62,962 bases of DNA, filler included, from Reticulomyxa filosa (GCA_000512085.1; 16 parts of 16 records of this genome joined end to end with filler, not necessarily neighbours in it), one strand, 5' to 3'. Counted from the first letter of the whole stretch, positions 12,855 to 24,394 are shown. The notes: a model not told the origin generated them from the sequence alone. Numbers and translations: made by a program.

Positions 12855-14959
12855 TGTTTGGGCTCCCGCAGACCTTCCAGTAAGTGGACCAAACAACTTA
12901 CATAAACAAATAAATGTTTTTAAAATATTTTTTTTTAAATTTATTAAAAAGTAAATTATAAATTTATTTATTCATATATAAATACACACAAACATAAACA
13001 CAAAATTTAAAATTAAAATAAATTAAAATAAAAAAATAAATCTAATAAATAATAAATATTAAACCATTTTTCAGGTTCTTTATAATAACCACAATAAATA
13101 TTATTATTATAATTATTATCGCCATAATTATAATATCCAATACTGCATTTTATGTTATTTTTAATGCATTCTTCATAAAAATAACATTTATCTGATGGAT
13201 CTAATCCATCCCAATTAATATACATAATTCCATAATTAATTATTTTTATATTTATTGGTAGTGGTTGTCGCCATTTTTGAATGGCGATATTTGCACTATA
13301 TGAAAATGCAAATCACAAACTAATCATATAAATGATTATTGCCAATATGGCGATCAATGCCACCAATAAATCTATAAACATATATTTAATTATATTTTAT
13401 TTAAAAGTGTAAAAAAATAAAAATAAAAATATATATACCTTTATATTGTGAAGAATGATATTTAAAATTTTTCCTAATATTCACTTCTTTTTCATTTTTT
13501 CTAAGTAGACTTTGGTTGATCCTGAAAAAAAAAAATTATTATCATTTATCATGAAAAATATCTAAAGTATAAATAGATAAACTGAACTAGCAAACATTTT
13601 TCCTTTACGATCATCTCGATAATCTTTCTTCACAAAATGGCCATTTGTGGTTTTCTCTTGTGTCTTGGCTTGTTATTGTTTGTTGCGCAATGTCATGTCA
13701 TTTCGGATTGATACAGGTTTATATTGTTGTGGTGGCTCTATCTTCAATTGCGATTGTGCCATTTTCTGCAGTGGTGATGCAATCTTTGTCTGCGGTATCA
13801 TATGTGGTGATGACATCGCATTCGAGAGTAATGGTGTCTTTGATGGTGACATACTCGAAGTCAATACACGCTGCTGTGATACAATTGGTGGTGGCGACAT
13901 ATATAGTTGCAATGGAATCTTGATACGATGTACTGATACTGGTGACTCAAATGATAAAACCATTGAATGTTTAGTATGTTGTTGCATATGGTTCATACCT
14001 ATTTTTTTTTTTTTTTGTTGACAAATTAGCATTTTCAATGTTTAATACAAAAAATGTATATACATATATAACAAATAATAACTTTGCTCACGTAGGCGCG
14101 GTGAATCTATTTGCATTGGTGTCGGTGGCGGTGTGTCCACTTCCATCATTGTTACAGATGGACTCATTTCTCGTACTTGATGATCGACGATATCCAGTAT
14201 CATTCGGTTATTATCCAGCTCCATTATCACTTTGACATCATTCAGCGATTGATATCGGACGTCTGATTCTATTGTATTATTAAGTTAAAGCAAATATTAT
14301 TATTTACATTGTTCAAATAATAAATGAATTAATAAAGAAAAATATGATTAACTGTATGACGGTTGATTTATGTGTTGTATATCATATAGTTCAATTGGCT
14401 CTTTTTTTTCCATTGGTTCTATCGGCTGAGCTATTCGTTGGTCAATTTGCTGCTCCATCGATGTATCCATTAATTCGCTATCACATTCGGTGTCGTCTAG
14501 GAATGCGGCGATTTGTCGAGATTGCTCAATTTTCTGCTTCATCGATTTGTCCGTTAATTCACTATCACATTCGTCGTCTTCTAGGAATGCGGCGAGTTGT
14601 CGAGATTGTTCAATTTTCCGCTCCATCGATTTGTCCGTTAATTCGCTATCACATTCGTCGTCTTCTGGGATTGTGGCGAGTTGTCGAAAGTTTTGACATT
14701 GTTTTTGATCTTCAAAAGTTTCATCATCACATGATTCTTTGAATCTATTTAATAAATTAATAGATACATCGACTTTATTTTCTAATTTATCTGGTGACGA
14801 TGAATGCAAACGCACGGAACCAGTCGGAGAAATTATCAATGTCTTGGTTGGCGATGGATTATCATCATTTTCGATTTCTTGTGATAACGACCGCTCCGAC
14901 GAAGATGATAACGGTTCGGTCCTATCTGACTGTGGAGATGGAGTATTTTGGTTCTTCAT
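12855..14959 (-). pseudogene. Multi-exon gene for a repeat-containing membrane protein, apparently disabled
   Basis: Exon blocks 14959-14348, ~14270-14085, ~14000-13600, ~13520-13440, ~13375-13060, ~12897-12855; in-frame TAA at 13673 followed by more plausible coding sequence (QAKTQEKTTNGHFVKKDY); frameshift just after the TM helix DLLVALIAILAIIIYMI. Confidence 0.45.
14437..14688 (-). repeat. Three 84-bp coding tandem repeats (28 aa, RQLAxxxEDDECDSELTDKSMExKIEQS)
   Basis: The TTGTCGA anchor recurs at exact 84-bp spacing (~14513, 14597, 14681). Confidence 0.9.
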
Positions 14960-15671
14960 TATGATCGTATATAAAACTGATATAAAAAGTTATTCAAGCA
15001 AAAAGAAAATGATTATGTATTGCTTTAGTCTAAGTTACGTCAATTATGATGGAACTTGAAACTTTATTATAGTTATGGTTTGCAACAAAAAATTGACATT
15101 TTTTTGGGTTTTACAGTTAGTGTCATATTATCTCAGAGTTGCAGAGATATATTTTGCATTCTAGTCCATCTCCTTGTTTAAATAAATTGAAATTTTTATC
15201 TTAAATTGAGTGTATTTGATTAGTTTCGATTTTCTTGTACGCTTTAACAAAGAGAAGATGACAATGGAATATTTTAGATTTCATAAGCAACAATGCAATA
15301 AACAAAAAAAAAGAATAATTTTCTTAAAGATACAACATTTGTAAAAACCAAGCAAAATCAGTTGACAAAAGGACACAAAAAAGTCCAGTTGAACTGGCCA
15401 TTGTCCAAAAAAAAAAGCTCAGCGACTTTTAAAAAAGTCATAAAAATTGATAATTTCTCAAGGAGCAAGGAGCTCAACAAATCTCTCGGCAGATTATGTT
15501 GCATTCTCTGTCAACCGGAGGCCCAACCGACCACCAGAAAAAGAAGTCTTTAGCACACAAAAGCCGGCAAAGTAAGAAAAGTGTGTTTACGAGCCTGCCA
15601 AGTTCTCCGAAAGGGGCATCGATGTTGCGCCGCAATAATGTGCAGCAAGCCAGTTCTGATTGACAACAGCC

Positions 15672-15788
15672 ATGACAACGTCGGAAGAAGACATTGAAGA
15701 AAACAAGAGCATGGACAAGTTGACAATGAGCAATAGTAACAGTAACATAAACAATAGCGGCATTATCACGAACGGCAATAATAATAAC

Positions 15789-15864
<76 letters not shown>

Positions 15865-17261
15865 GTAATAATAATAATAACAATAACAATGACAATAATA
15901 TCAACAACGAGAACAATAGTATGTCCCATTCCAATCTGGGCAATGGAATGACATCACTAATCATAGTATCGCCGCCATCCTCGTCGTATCACTCAAAGAT
16001 GAGTGAGTGGAAGGAGAGCGACCTGGACGAGATCGAGTTGGAGGTGCGCCCATTTCTAACAAAGTCACAAAAGAGCGGCGGTCACAAGAATGACAGCGAC
16101 AGCGCGCGATTGCACAGCATTGGAAAGATGGAGGAGTTACGAGGCCATGTTAACGAACACGATGAAGACGAAAAAGTCGAGCAAGACGGATTGAAAAAAA
16201 TTGATGTCAAAATCGCAATCGAAACCGAGCATAAGAGTGACCACAAGCACAAACATAAACATAAACATAAACATAAGAATAAAAATAAAAACAAAAAAAA
16301 TGATAATAAGAGTAGCTATACTCGTAGTCATAGTCACGGTTCAACGAAGAAGCTATTACCGAAGAGTATGGACGGCGACAGCAAAGGTATGAATAATAAT
16401 GTTAGCGATAATGATGATAATGATGATAATGATATGATGATGATTATGATGATAATGATTATTATGATTATGATAACATCAACGATGACGAGGACTACAA
16501 TAAGTTCTCCTCGTCGCTCTTTTCTTGTTGGTGTTGCAGCGATGGATATGACGCCACTAGCGGAACAGTAGGGGGGAACACTTCGCTGTCCATGATTATG
16601 AACCACTATGACCGGATGATGAGCAGTCGTATCCATACTTTGGAATGTGGCCTGTTGGACTTTATTTTTATCCCCGGCGCTTTTATATTTGGAAGTAAAT
16701 TTATGTTTGTGACTATTTTGTTTAGTATTGTGCTGGTCAAAATCTCTGGCTTCTTATTCACTGGCATTTGCTGCGCCGTCACTGTCACCGTCACCCAATT
16801 CGGAAAGAAGTATACTAAACGACTGAGGCCTGACCTAATTCATGTACAAAAGAAACGCTTTGATTTTCGGACCAAGTTGACCAATTACTCCTTTCCATCT
16901 GGAGACACTGCTCAAGTATATATGTATATGTGTGTTTTGTTTTGTTTTGTTTTGTTTTGTAAATGACAATAATATTTAAATAATAATGAAACTTATATGC
17001 ACATATGTATACATTATATAGGCTGCTGCGTATGGTTGCTCTTTGTTTCTGTTGACTGATGAATACATGTATTTGATGCTAATCCCCATTTGTGCGTGGT
17101 CTCGCATTTATTTTGGTTGTCATTTTATTGGAGACTGTGTCGTTGGGGCAGTCATCGGGGTGTTAGTAACCGTGTTCTTATGGACTGTATTGCCGCTCTC
17201 GGGGTTGACATCAATTGAATATAAAATTGTCCACTTCATACTTGCTATTATCACCAGATGA
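15672..17261 (+). CDS. PAP2-superfamily (lipid phosphate phosphatase-like) membrane protein with long low-complexity N-terminus
   Basis: C1 KKYTKRLRP, C2 SFPSGD (canonical PSGH), C3 SRIYFGCHFIGD; intron 16916-17021; one frameshift inside a GAT microsatellite at ~16433, probably an assembly indel. Confidence 0.85.
15776..15900 (+). repeat. (AAT)n microsatellite encoding poly-Asn
   Basis: About 40 AAT/AAC codons in the PAP2 N-terminal exon. Confidence 0.95.
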
Positions 17262-18220
17262 GTCCCATCTTTGACGCACTGAGCTGTGCAAAATGTTTGT
17301 GTGAATTGGTGATAAGCTTTACTACTTTGTCACTTTTCAATATAATTTTTTTTCTCAAACATCTTTTTTTTAACAAATCTGTTATACCAAATTAATTCTC
17401 GCAAAATTTTGGCAAAGAAAGCCATCACCACCGATTTCTTTTTCATTGATAATTATTAAACAAATTCATTTTCGCGCAGCAAATGAGAACAAACAAGACG
17501 CTAGTAAATTCCATCGTTTGTTTTTATTTTGTTGTTGAAAAAGAAATTAAAGTGAAACAATTTGTAACAAATTTAAAAATTAAATAATACTACACACAAT
17601 TATTCTCATAAATCTTTCATAAAAACTTGAACATTTGTCTATCTCTAATTTTTTTTTGTAGCATGTATCCGATGTCGCTTTGATCGAGCTAAAAAACATT
17701 TCAGAATAATTTTTTTTTATAAACATCACAAAATCTCATAAAATGTAAATAATTAAAGAAGAATAATCTGGAATATTTTAATAATAATTCATAATTGATA
17801 ATCAATCATACGTTTTCCCATCCTAAGCAATTACATGATCTTTCATTATTGATTTGATAATGTAAAAATTCTTTTGGAATACTTTGTTAATGAGTGGTAC
17901 AAGTTTGCATGAAAGCTCAAAATGGAATATATTCATCCAATCACTTTTTGTCATTTTTAATAATTTTTTATATTAAATATTTTGTTTTGTTCAACATTTT
18001 TTTGTCAATAATCCTGTATTGAGACAAAACAATATAAAACGATTGAACACTTTCTCATTATTTATTATCATACCACTAATGTTAAAAAAACGCAAACAAC
18101 GTGAAAGTTGCAAAAAGAAAGGTAAAATATTTCAGAAGAGAAACTGAAGGGAAACTACCAGGCGGAAGATGAAAAATTGAGTATAATATTTGTTTAAAAT
18201 ATACACGTTCAAGAGCAAAA

Positions 18221-18680
18221 ATGACTATTCAAACATTAGAAAATCGATTGGTGGCTCTAATTGTTCAGTATAGTGGGTTGTCAGCAGAATTTATCCATAA
18301 TTTTGAGTTTCAAGTAGACCAAACAACACTAAGTTCATGGTATTACCCATTTGGGACTGTGTTGGTGTATTGTCTGGGAATTCCTCTGCTGCAAAAAGTT
18401 AAACAAACTGAAAACAATCACACAAATTTGGTTTGTGTTACAACGACAACAACAAAAAAAGTATCCGCTATTCCCTTTTTTTTTTTGCCTTTTTTTTCCT
18501 TTCCTTTTGGAGTTTGCACATTGAACATAGTTGATGGAAGGACGAAATGGTCCGCCATTGAAATGGTATTTAGTATTCCACAATTTATTGTTAAGTGCCA
18601 TGTCCGGGTTATTGGCGGTGTTGCTATTTGTCAAAATGGTGGGGTTTTATGCGACCGACGGACTCCCATTATGGCAGGTG
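18221..18680 (+). CDS. GNS1/SUR4 (ELO) fatty-acid elongase, 5' exons only
   Basis: WYYPFGTVLVYCLGIPLLQK, intron, LMEGRNGPPLKWYLVFHNLLLSAMS; this matches the ELO N-terminal M.xR.P..L......HN..LS pattern; the HxxHH box lies beyond the contig end. Confidence 0.7.
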
Positions 18681-18892
18681 TGTTCTTTTTCATTTCACAT
18701 TGCATATGTATACATATACATATCGCAACATAATATGGACATATGCATATTTTCTGCACTTCACTAAGTAAGTGTAAAAAAAAAAAAAAAAANNNNNNNN
18801 NNNNNNNNNNNNNNNNNNNNNNNNNNNNNNNNNNNNTTAATTAATTAANNNNNNNNNNNNNNNNNNNNNNNNNNNNNNNNNNNNNNNNNNNN

Positions 18893-19557
18893 ATAATTGG
18901 GAGCTGAAGTTATGAGTTTCGAAAGAAGTCTAATGCTTGAATTGGCTTATTACGCATGTCAACTCAATTTAAAATCTTGGCGTTTTTCTTATGGACGAAG
19001 AGCGGTAAAACACAGATTATCAGCAATAAAATTATCAGAATTTAAGAAAGAATCAATTAACCCTAATATCTTATCTAATATAAAAAATGATTTGGTTAGT
19101 GAAATTGATAGCTTTGTTAAAAAAGTAATTGCAACTTAATAATTTTTCCCTATTAATGGGATATTGGGAATTATTATATTAAGGAGCAATCTGAAGGTAA
19201 TGATAAATATAGATATGTTGCTAAGGGGGAAATGATAAATGATTCTGATTGGCAACACGAGATTATTTTGCAATGGGCATCAATAGAAGGTAATTCAACA
19301 GAAGATATTTTGATGCAAAAACTTGATAAATTAAAAGCTGATAAGCATCCTTTTGTTCAGTATTTTGAAGTAAAATCTAAGAGTTTAACTGGAAAATTTG
19401 CTAGCTATTCAGTAGCACAAGGATGTTTTACTGAATTGACTAAAAATAATTATTAATAGATTGAATTGCATTGAAATAGTAAAAGGTTCTGAAAAAACAT
19501 GGACAGTGGAATATAAAAATACATATGTACCTTTAAATGCTACTAATTTTAGATGAA
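18893..19557 (+). pseudogene. Fragmented bacterial hypothetical gene
   Basis: Three successive coding-like blocks in shifting frames (18897-19139, ~19165-19456, ~19458-19556), no introns, on the bacterial contig. Confidence 0.45.
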
Positions 19558-19814
19558 ACTAAGCAGGAAGGACTATCGCTTTTGAATAAGATGGTTACTT
19601 TTTATCATGCTAATACTGAATTAGGAGAAAAGTGGCAGAAAACCGAGTTATAATTGGTTCTGTTTGAAAATATTTAATCGTCGTTGTTAGCTTTATTTAC
19701 TTGAAGAGTTTTGTATGAGAAATTTTATGAAATAAAAATTTCGATTAAATGTATACTGTATGTCTGGCGGCCAATCAAATAAGCCTAAAAAATTTATTTT
19801 TTTCAAAATAGCTA

Positions 19815-19843
19815 TTGACTAGTCGTATCTAATGTCTTATAAA
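19815..19843 (+). promoter_or_regulatory. Sigma70-type rRNA promoter
   Basis: TTGACT-17 bp-TATAAA preceded by an A/T tract resembling an UP element (19787-19803). Confidence 0.7.
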
Positions 19844-19906
19844 TTCACTTCACAAACAACTATGAAAAATCTGGTTGATTGTGTAGAAATGCGGCTTTGG
19901 CTGCAT

Positions 19907-19918
19907 TGCTCTTTTGAA
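19907..19918 (+). promoter_or_regulatory. rrn boxA antitermination site
   Basis: TGCTCTTTTGAA vs consensus TGCTCTTTAACA, between the promoter and the 23S gene. Confidence 0.7.
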
Positions 19919-20030
19919 ATTGTGAGAAATTTTTTTTATAACCAAACTGCGGTAACTAAATTGATGTTGTGTTACAAGTTTAGTTCTGTATGCGATGTTA
20001 GCAAAATAATAAATATTTTTTATAGAAACA

Positions 20031-21084
20031 GCTAAAGTATAATAAGAGCATTTGGTGGATGCCTTGGCGGCAGGAGGCGATGAAAGACGTGATAGGCTGC
20101 GATAAGCTACGGGGAAGTGCCAATAACTTTTGATCCGTAGATCTCTGAATGGGGAAACCCACTGGATTTATCCAGTATCTTTGACTGAATACATAGGTTG
20201 AAGAAGCGAACCCAGGGAACTGAAATATCTAAGTACCTGGAGGAAAGGAAATCAAACGAGACTCTGCTAGTAGTGACGAGCGAACGCGGATTAGGCCAGT
20301 ATCTGTACGATAATAATTAGAATAATCTGGAAAGGTTAACTAAAGAGGGTGATAGTCCCGTATAAGTAAAAAGTTGTATAGATCTCGAGTAAGGCGAGGC
20401 ACGTGAAACCTTGTCTGAACATGGGGAGACCACTCTCCAAGCCTAAGTACTACCTGACGACCGATAGTGAACCAGTACTGTGAAGGAAAGGCGAAAAGAA
20501 CCCCGATAAGGGGAGTGAAATAGAACCTGAAACCAAATGCTTACAAGCAGTCGGAGCACATTATCTAGCAATAGATAAGCCGTGTGACGGCGTACCTCTT
20601 GTATAATGGGTCAGCGACTTAGTGTATCTAGCAAGGTTAAGCCGATAGGTGTAGCCGTAGCGAAAGCGAGTCTGAATAGGGCGACAAGTTAGATGTATTA
20701 GACCCGAAACCGTGTGATCTAGCCATGAGCAGGCTGAAGTTGGGGGAAAACCTAACGGAGGGCCGAACCCACTCCTGTTGCAAAAGTAGGGGATGACTTG
20801 TGGCTAGGGATGAAAGATCAATCAAACTCGGAAATAGCTGGTTCTCCGCGAAATCTATTTAGGTAGAGCGTTATCTGATTACCATCGGGGGTAGAGCACT
20901 GGATCGGCTAGGGGGGCCCAAAGCCCTACCAAACCTAACCAAACTCCGAATACCGATGAGTATAAGATAGCAGGCAGGCTGTGGGTGATAAGATCCATGG
21001 CCGAGAGGGAAATAGCCCAGACCGCCGTCTAAGGTCCCCAAATTATGGTTAAGTGTGAAAGGATGTAGAAATGCCTAAACAATT

Positions 21085-21127
<43 letters not shown>

Positions 21128-21793
21128 CAGCTCACTAGTCTAATAGCGATTCTGCGCCGAAAATGTATCGGGGCTCAAACCATATACCGAAGACGCGGGC
21201 TTACATGATTACATGTAAGCGGTAGCGGAGCGTTGTGTAAGCCTGTGAAGGTGTATCGTAAGGTACGCTGGAGGTATCACAAGCGAGAATGCTGACATAA
21301 GTAGCGTAAAGAAGTGTGAAAAACACTTCCGCCGAAAGTCCAAGGGTTCCTGTGTAAAGTTAATCTACGCAGGGTTAGCCGGTCCCTAAGGTGAGGCCGA
21401 AAGGCGTAATCGATGGGAATCACGTTAATATTCGTGAGCCAACTAGAAGTGACGAAGGCTGAAATCTGTACAAGGTAAATGGATTCTTTTGTGCAGGCTA
21501 AGACTTCCAGGAAATAGCTCTAGTATAATGTCCGTACCCCAAACCGACTCTGGTGGACTGGTAGAGTATACCAAGGCGTGGAGAGAATGATGTTGAAGGA
21601 ACTAGACAAATTGCATCCGTAACTTCGGGAAAAGGATGGCCTTCCTTAGGCAACTAAGGTAAGGTGGCACATAGCAGGGGGTGGCGACTGTTTATCAAAA
21701 ACACAGGGCTATGCAAATTCGTAAGAAAAAGTATATGGCCTGACGCCTGCCCGGTGCTGGAAGGTTAAGGTGAGGTGTGCAAGCACTGAGCTG

Positions 21794-21888
<95 letters not shown>

Positions 21889-22327
21889 TCCCCATTGTCT
21901 CCAACATCAACTCAGCGAAATTGAATTCTCCGTGAAGATGCGGAGTGCCCGCGGTTAGACGGAAAGACCCCGTGAACCTTTACTACAACTTTGCAGTGGT
22001 ATTAGGAATTTATTGTGTAGGATAGGTGGGAGACTATGAAGCATAGGCGCCAGCCTTTGTGGAGTCACCCTTGAAATACCACCCTATAAATTTTTGATAT
22101 CTAACCTAGCCTCATTATCAGGGGCAGGGACCCTGCATGGTGGGTAGTTTGACTGGGGCGGTCGCCTCCCAAAGCATAACGGAGGCGTGCGAAGGTAAGC
22201 TCAGGTTGGTCGGAAATCAACTGTAAGAGTGCAATGGCATAAGCTTGCCTGACTGCGAGACTGACAAGTCGAGCAGAGACGAAAGTCGGTCATAGTGATC
22301 TGGTGGTTCTGTGTGGAAGGGCCATCA

Positions 22328-22366
<39 letters not shown>

Positions 22367-22415
22367 GAGATCCAAGAGCTCATATCGACGATCTCGTTTG
22401 GCACCTCGATGTCGA

Positions 22416-22484
<69 letters not shown>

Positions 22485-22485
22485 T

Positions 22486-22522
<37 letters not shown>

Positions 22523-22794
22523 TGCCGTGGGTGTAAGGAAAATTGAGAGGATCTGACTTTAGTACGAGAGGACCGAGTTGGACGTACCACTGGTGTACCA
22601 GTTGTTCTGCCAAGAGCAACGCTGGGTAGCTATGTACGGAAGGGATAAACGCTGAATGCATCTAAGTGTGAAACCCGCCTCAAAACTAATTTTCCCAATT
22701 AGTGCCGTTATAGTCCATGACGTTGATAGGCTGGATGTGTAAGTGAAGCAATTCATTGAGCTTACCAGTACTAATAGCACGATTGACTTTAAGC
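20031..22794 (+). rRNA. rrl: Bacterial 23S rRNA (alphaproteobacterial, probably Rickettsiales)
   Basis: Universal motifs GGTGGATGCCTTGG, CCGATAGTGAACCAGTAC, GGGATAACAGGCT and sarcin-ricin loop AGTACGAGAGGACC; ends GCTAAAGT / ACTTTAAGC pair as helix 1. Confidence 0.98.
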
Positions 22795-22988
22795 TGATTT
22801 TGTAACATCGCTTACAGTGCTAAACTTGTAAAAGTTGAAGCTGTAGATGATATAGAGAGCTTGTAAACACCTAAGGAAAGATTTTATAAACGTTAAAAAC
22901 TTTAAAAAAATTCTTAAACCTTAATAAAAAATTTAGTTTAAAAAAAAATATTCTCACAATTCCTCTTTTTTAAGAGGTCTTACTTTTT

Positions 22989-23106
22989 GGCTTGGTGATT
23001 ATTGAGGAGGTGAAACACCTGATCCCATTCCGAACTCAGAAGTGAAACCCTCCATCGCCGATGGTACTTTGGCTTAAGCCTTGGGAGAGTAGGTTGTTGC
23101 CAAGCC
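22989..23106 (+). rRNA. rrf: Bacterial 5S rRNA
   Basis: GGCTTGGTGA...GATCCCATTCCGAACTCAGAAGTGAAA...GCCGATGGTACT...GGGAGAGTAGGT...CCAAGCC. Confidence 0.96.
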
Positions 23107-23340
23107 TAGAAGTAAGACCTCTAAAATTTGAAATCACAATTATTATAATATCAAGTAAGCAATCTAAATTTTCTTTTTAGATATTGTTTTTTCTTTTTCA
23201 TCATTATTTAGTCTTTTATATGTGTAATTTAGCCTCACGCTTTAAACAATCTTTTTAAAAAGTGGATTAGATAAAAGCAAAAGATTATTGAAGCAATAAA
23301 TTCTATGATTTATCACAAGTAACTTTATTTAAACCTGATC

Positions 23341-23389
23341 TTGACAGTTGAATAACAGTAATATAAAAATCATATGAGAATGATTCTTA
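23341..23389 (+). promoter_or_regulatory. feoA promoter with Fur-like 7-1-7 operator
   Basis: -35 TTGACA at 23341, AT-rich -10 near 23362-23370, TGAGAAT-G-ATTCTTA at 23375-23389 (Fur consensus TGATAAT-N-ATTATCA) directly before an iron-uptake operon. Confidence 0.65.
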
Positions 23390-23407
23390 ATTGCAAAGAA
23401 AGTCCAT

Positions 23408-23635
23408 ATGGGAATACCGATAAGTGAGCTAAAGAAAAATAATCCTGCGGTAATAAGGGAAATTAATCTCAATTTAAATCTTAAAAGGAAAGTCATGGAA
23501 ATGGGGCTCTACCCAAATACTCAATTATCTATAATCTGGAGACATAAGAGCGGGACAGTGATCATAGCTACTGCTGGCTTCAAATTAGCTATTGATGCCA
23601 AGATAGCAAATTCACTTATAGTTGATCCAATTTAA
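23408..23635 (+). CDS. feoA: Ferrous iron transport protein A
   Basis: 75 aa; LKRKVMEMGLYPNTQL and KLAIDAKIANSLIV match FeoA; directly upstream of feoB. Confidence 0.9.
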   Translation: MGIPISELKKNNPAVIREINLNLNLKRKVMEMGLYPNTQLSIIWRHKSGTVIIATAGFKLAIDAKIANSLIVDPI

Positions 23636-23640
23636 GTTCT

Positions 23641-24220
23641 ATGGAAAAAAAGGTATCTCACAAAACCATAAAAGTTGGGTTGATAGGCAATCCAAATATT
23701 GGGAAATCAACTATATTCAATGCATTAACAGGAAATAAGCAATTCGTAGGGAATTGGCCTGGGGTTACGGTAGAAAAGAAGGTTGGTTATTTCGATTCTG
23801 GAGAGTCTAACATCGAATTGGTTGATCTACTTGGCATACACTTTAAACGAAAACGATGAAAGCGCAGAGGATGTAAAAATTGCTTTGAAAGCACTGACGA
23901 AAGACGAATTTGATTTAATCATCAATGTAATCGATGCATCTAATCTAGCTAGAAATTTATATCTAACAATACAATTGATAGAATTGAAGCTTCCGCTGAT
24001 TATAGCATTTAATAAAGCTGATATAGCAGATGCTAAAGGAGTAAATTATAATCTAGATAAGTTATCAGTTTTACTGAACATTGACATAGTTAAGCTTATC
24101 GCTAGTAAGAATATTGGGATAGCTGAATTAAAAGCAAAGTTAGGCAATTATATTCTTTCTAAACCTAAAAACATTATAGCGCAAATTTATGATAAAAAGA
24201 TATTGGAAGCATTATTCATT
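23641..24220 (+). pseudogene. feoB: Ferrous iron transporter B, GTPase domain only; frameshifted and interrupted by an IS
   Basis: G1 GNPNIGKS, G2 VGNWPGVTVEKK, G3 DLLG (normally DLPG), frameshift at ~23838, then NVIDASNLARNLYLTIQL and G4 NKAD; sequence switches to an IS end at ~24221. Confidence 0.9.
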
Positions 24221-24394
24221 AGACTTCTTTCGAAACTAAAAGAAATAGATTAAAAAGTATTTAGTAACTAATATAGGAAGTTATGAAATACGAAGCTATC
24301 AAAGGGTTAAATTCAGACCAATTTCGCCGTTTAACCGGTGTAAAGAAAGAAACATTCGAGAAGATTATTAATATATTGAAGGAAGCAGATAACA
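24221..24394 (+). mobile_element. IS5-family (ISL2-like) insertion sequence, left end and transposase start
   Basis: ATG 24283 gives MKYEAIKGLNSDQFRRLTGVKKETFEKIINILKEAD; FRRLTGV..xF is the N-terminal HTH of IS5-type transposases common in endosymbionts; putative terminal repeat AGACTTCTTTCGAAAC, exact boundary inferred. Confidence 0.8.

Noticed and set aside
13673-13675. In-frame TAA as evidence of a ciliate-like TAA=Gln code
   Set aside because: Intact genes end in TAA (WD40 27533, FAH 38582) and long exons have no internal TAA/TAG; a nonsense mutation is simpler
14437-14688. 84-bp repeats as a CRISPR-like array
   Set aside because: No unique spacers, unit length is a multiple of three within a coding exon, and no cas genes
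15474-16636. Antisense poly-Ile/poly-Leu ORFs, and similar ones at 43985-44461 and 54071-54811
   Set aside because: Shadow frames of (AAT)n, (GAAAAA)n and (ACA)n microsatellites in real genes on the other strand
20150-21220. Intervening sequences in 23S helices 9, 25 or 45
   Set aside because: These helices are short hairpins here and total length (~2.76 kb) is normal; no IVS or intron visible
20637-22780. Four short ORFs inside the 23S gene
   Set aside because: Spurious frames within rRNA
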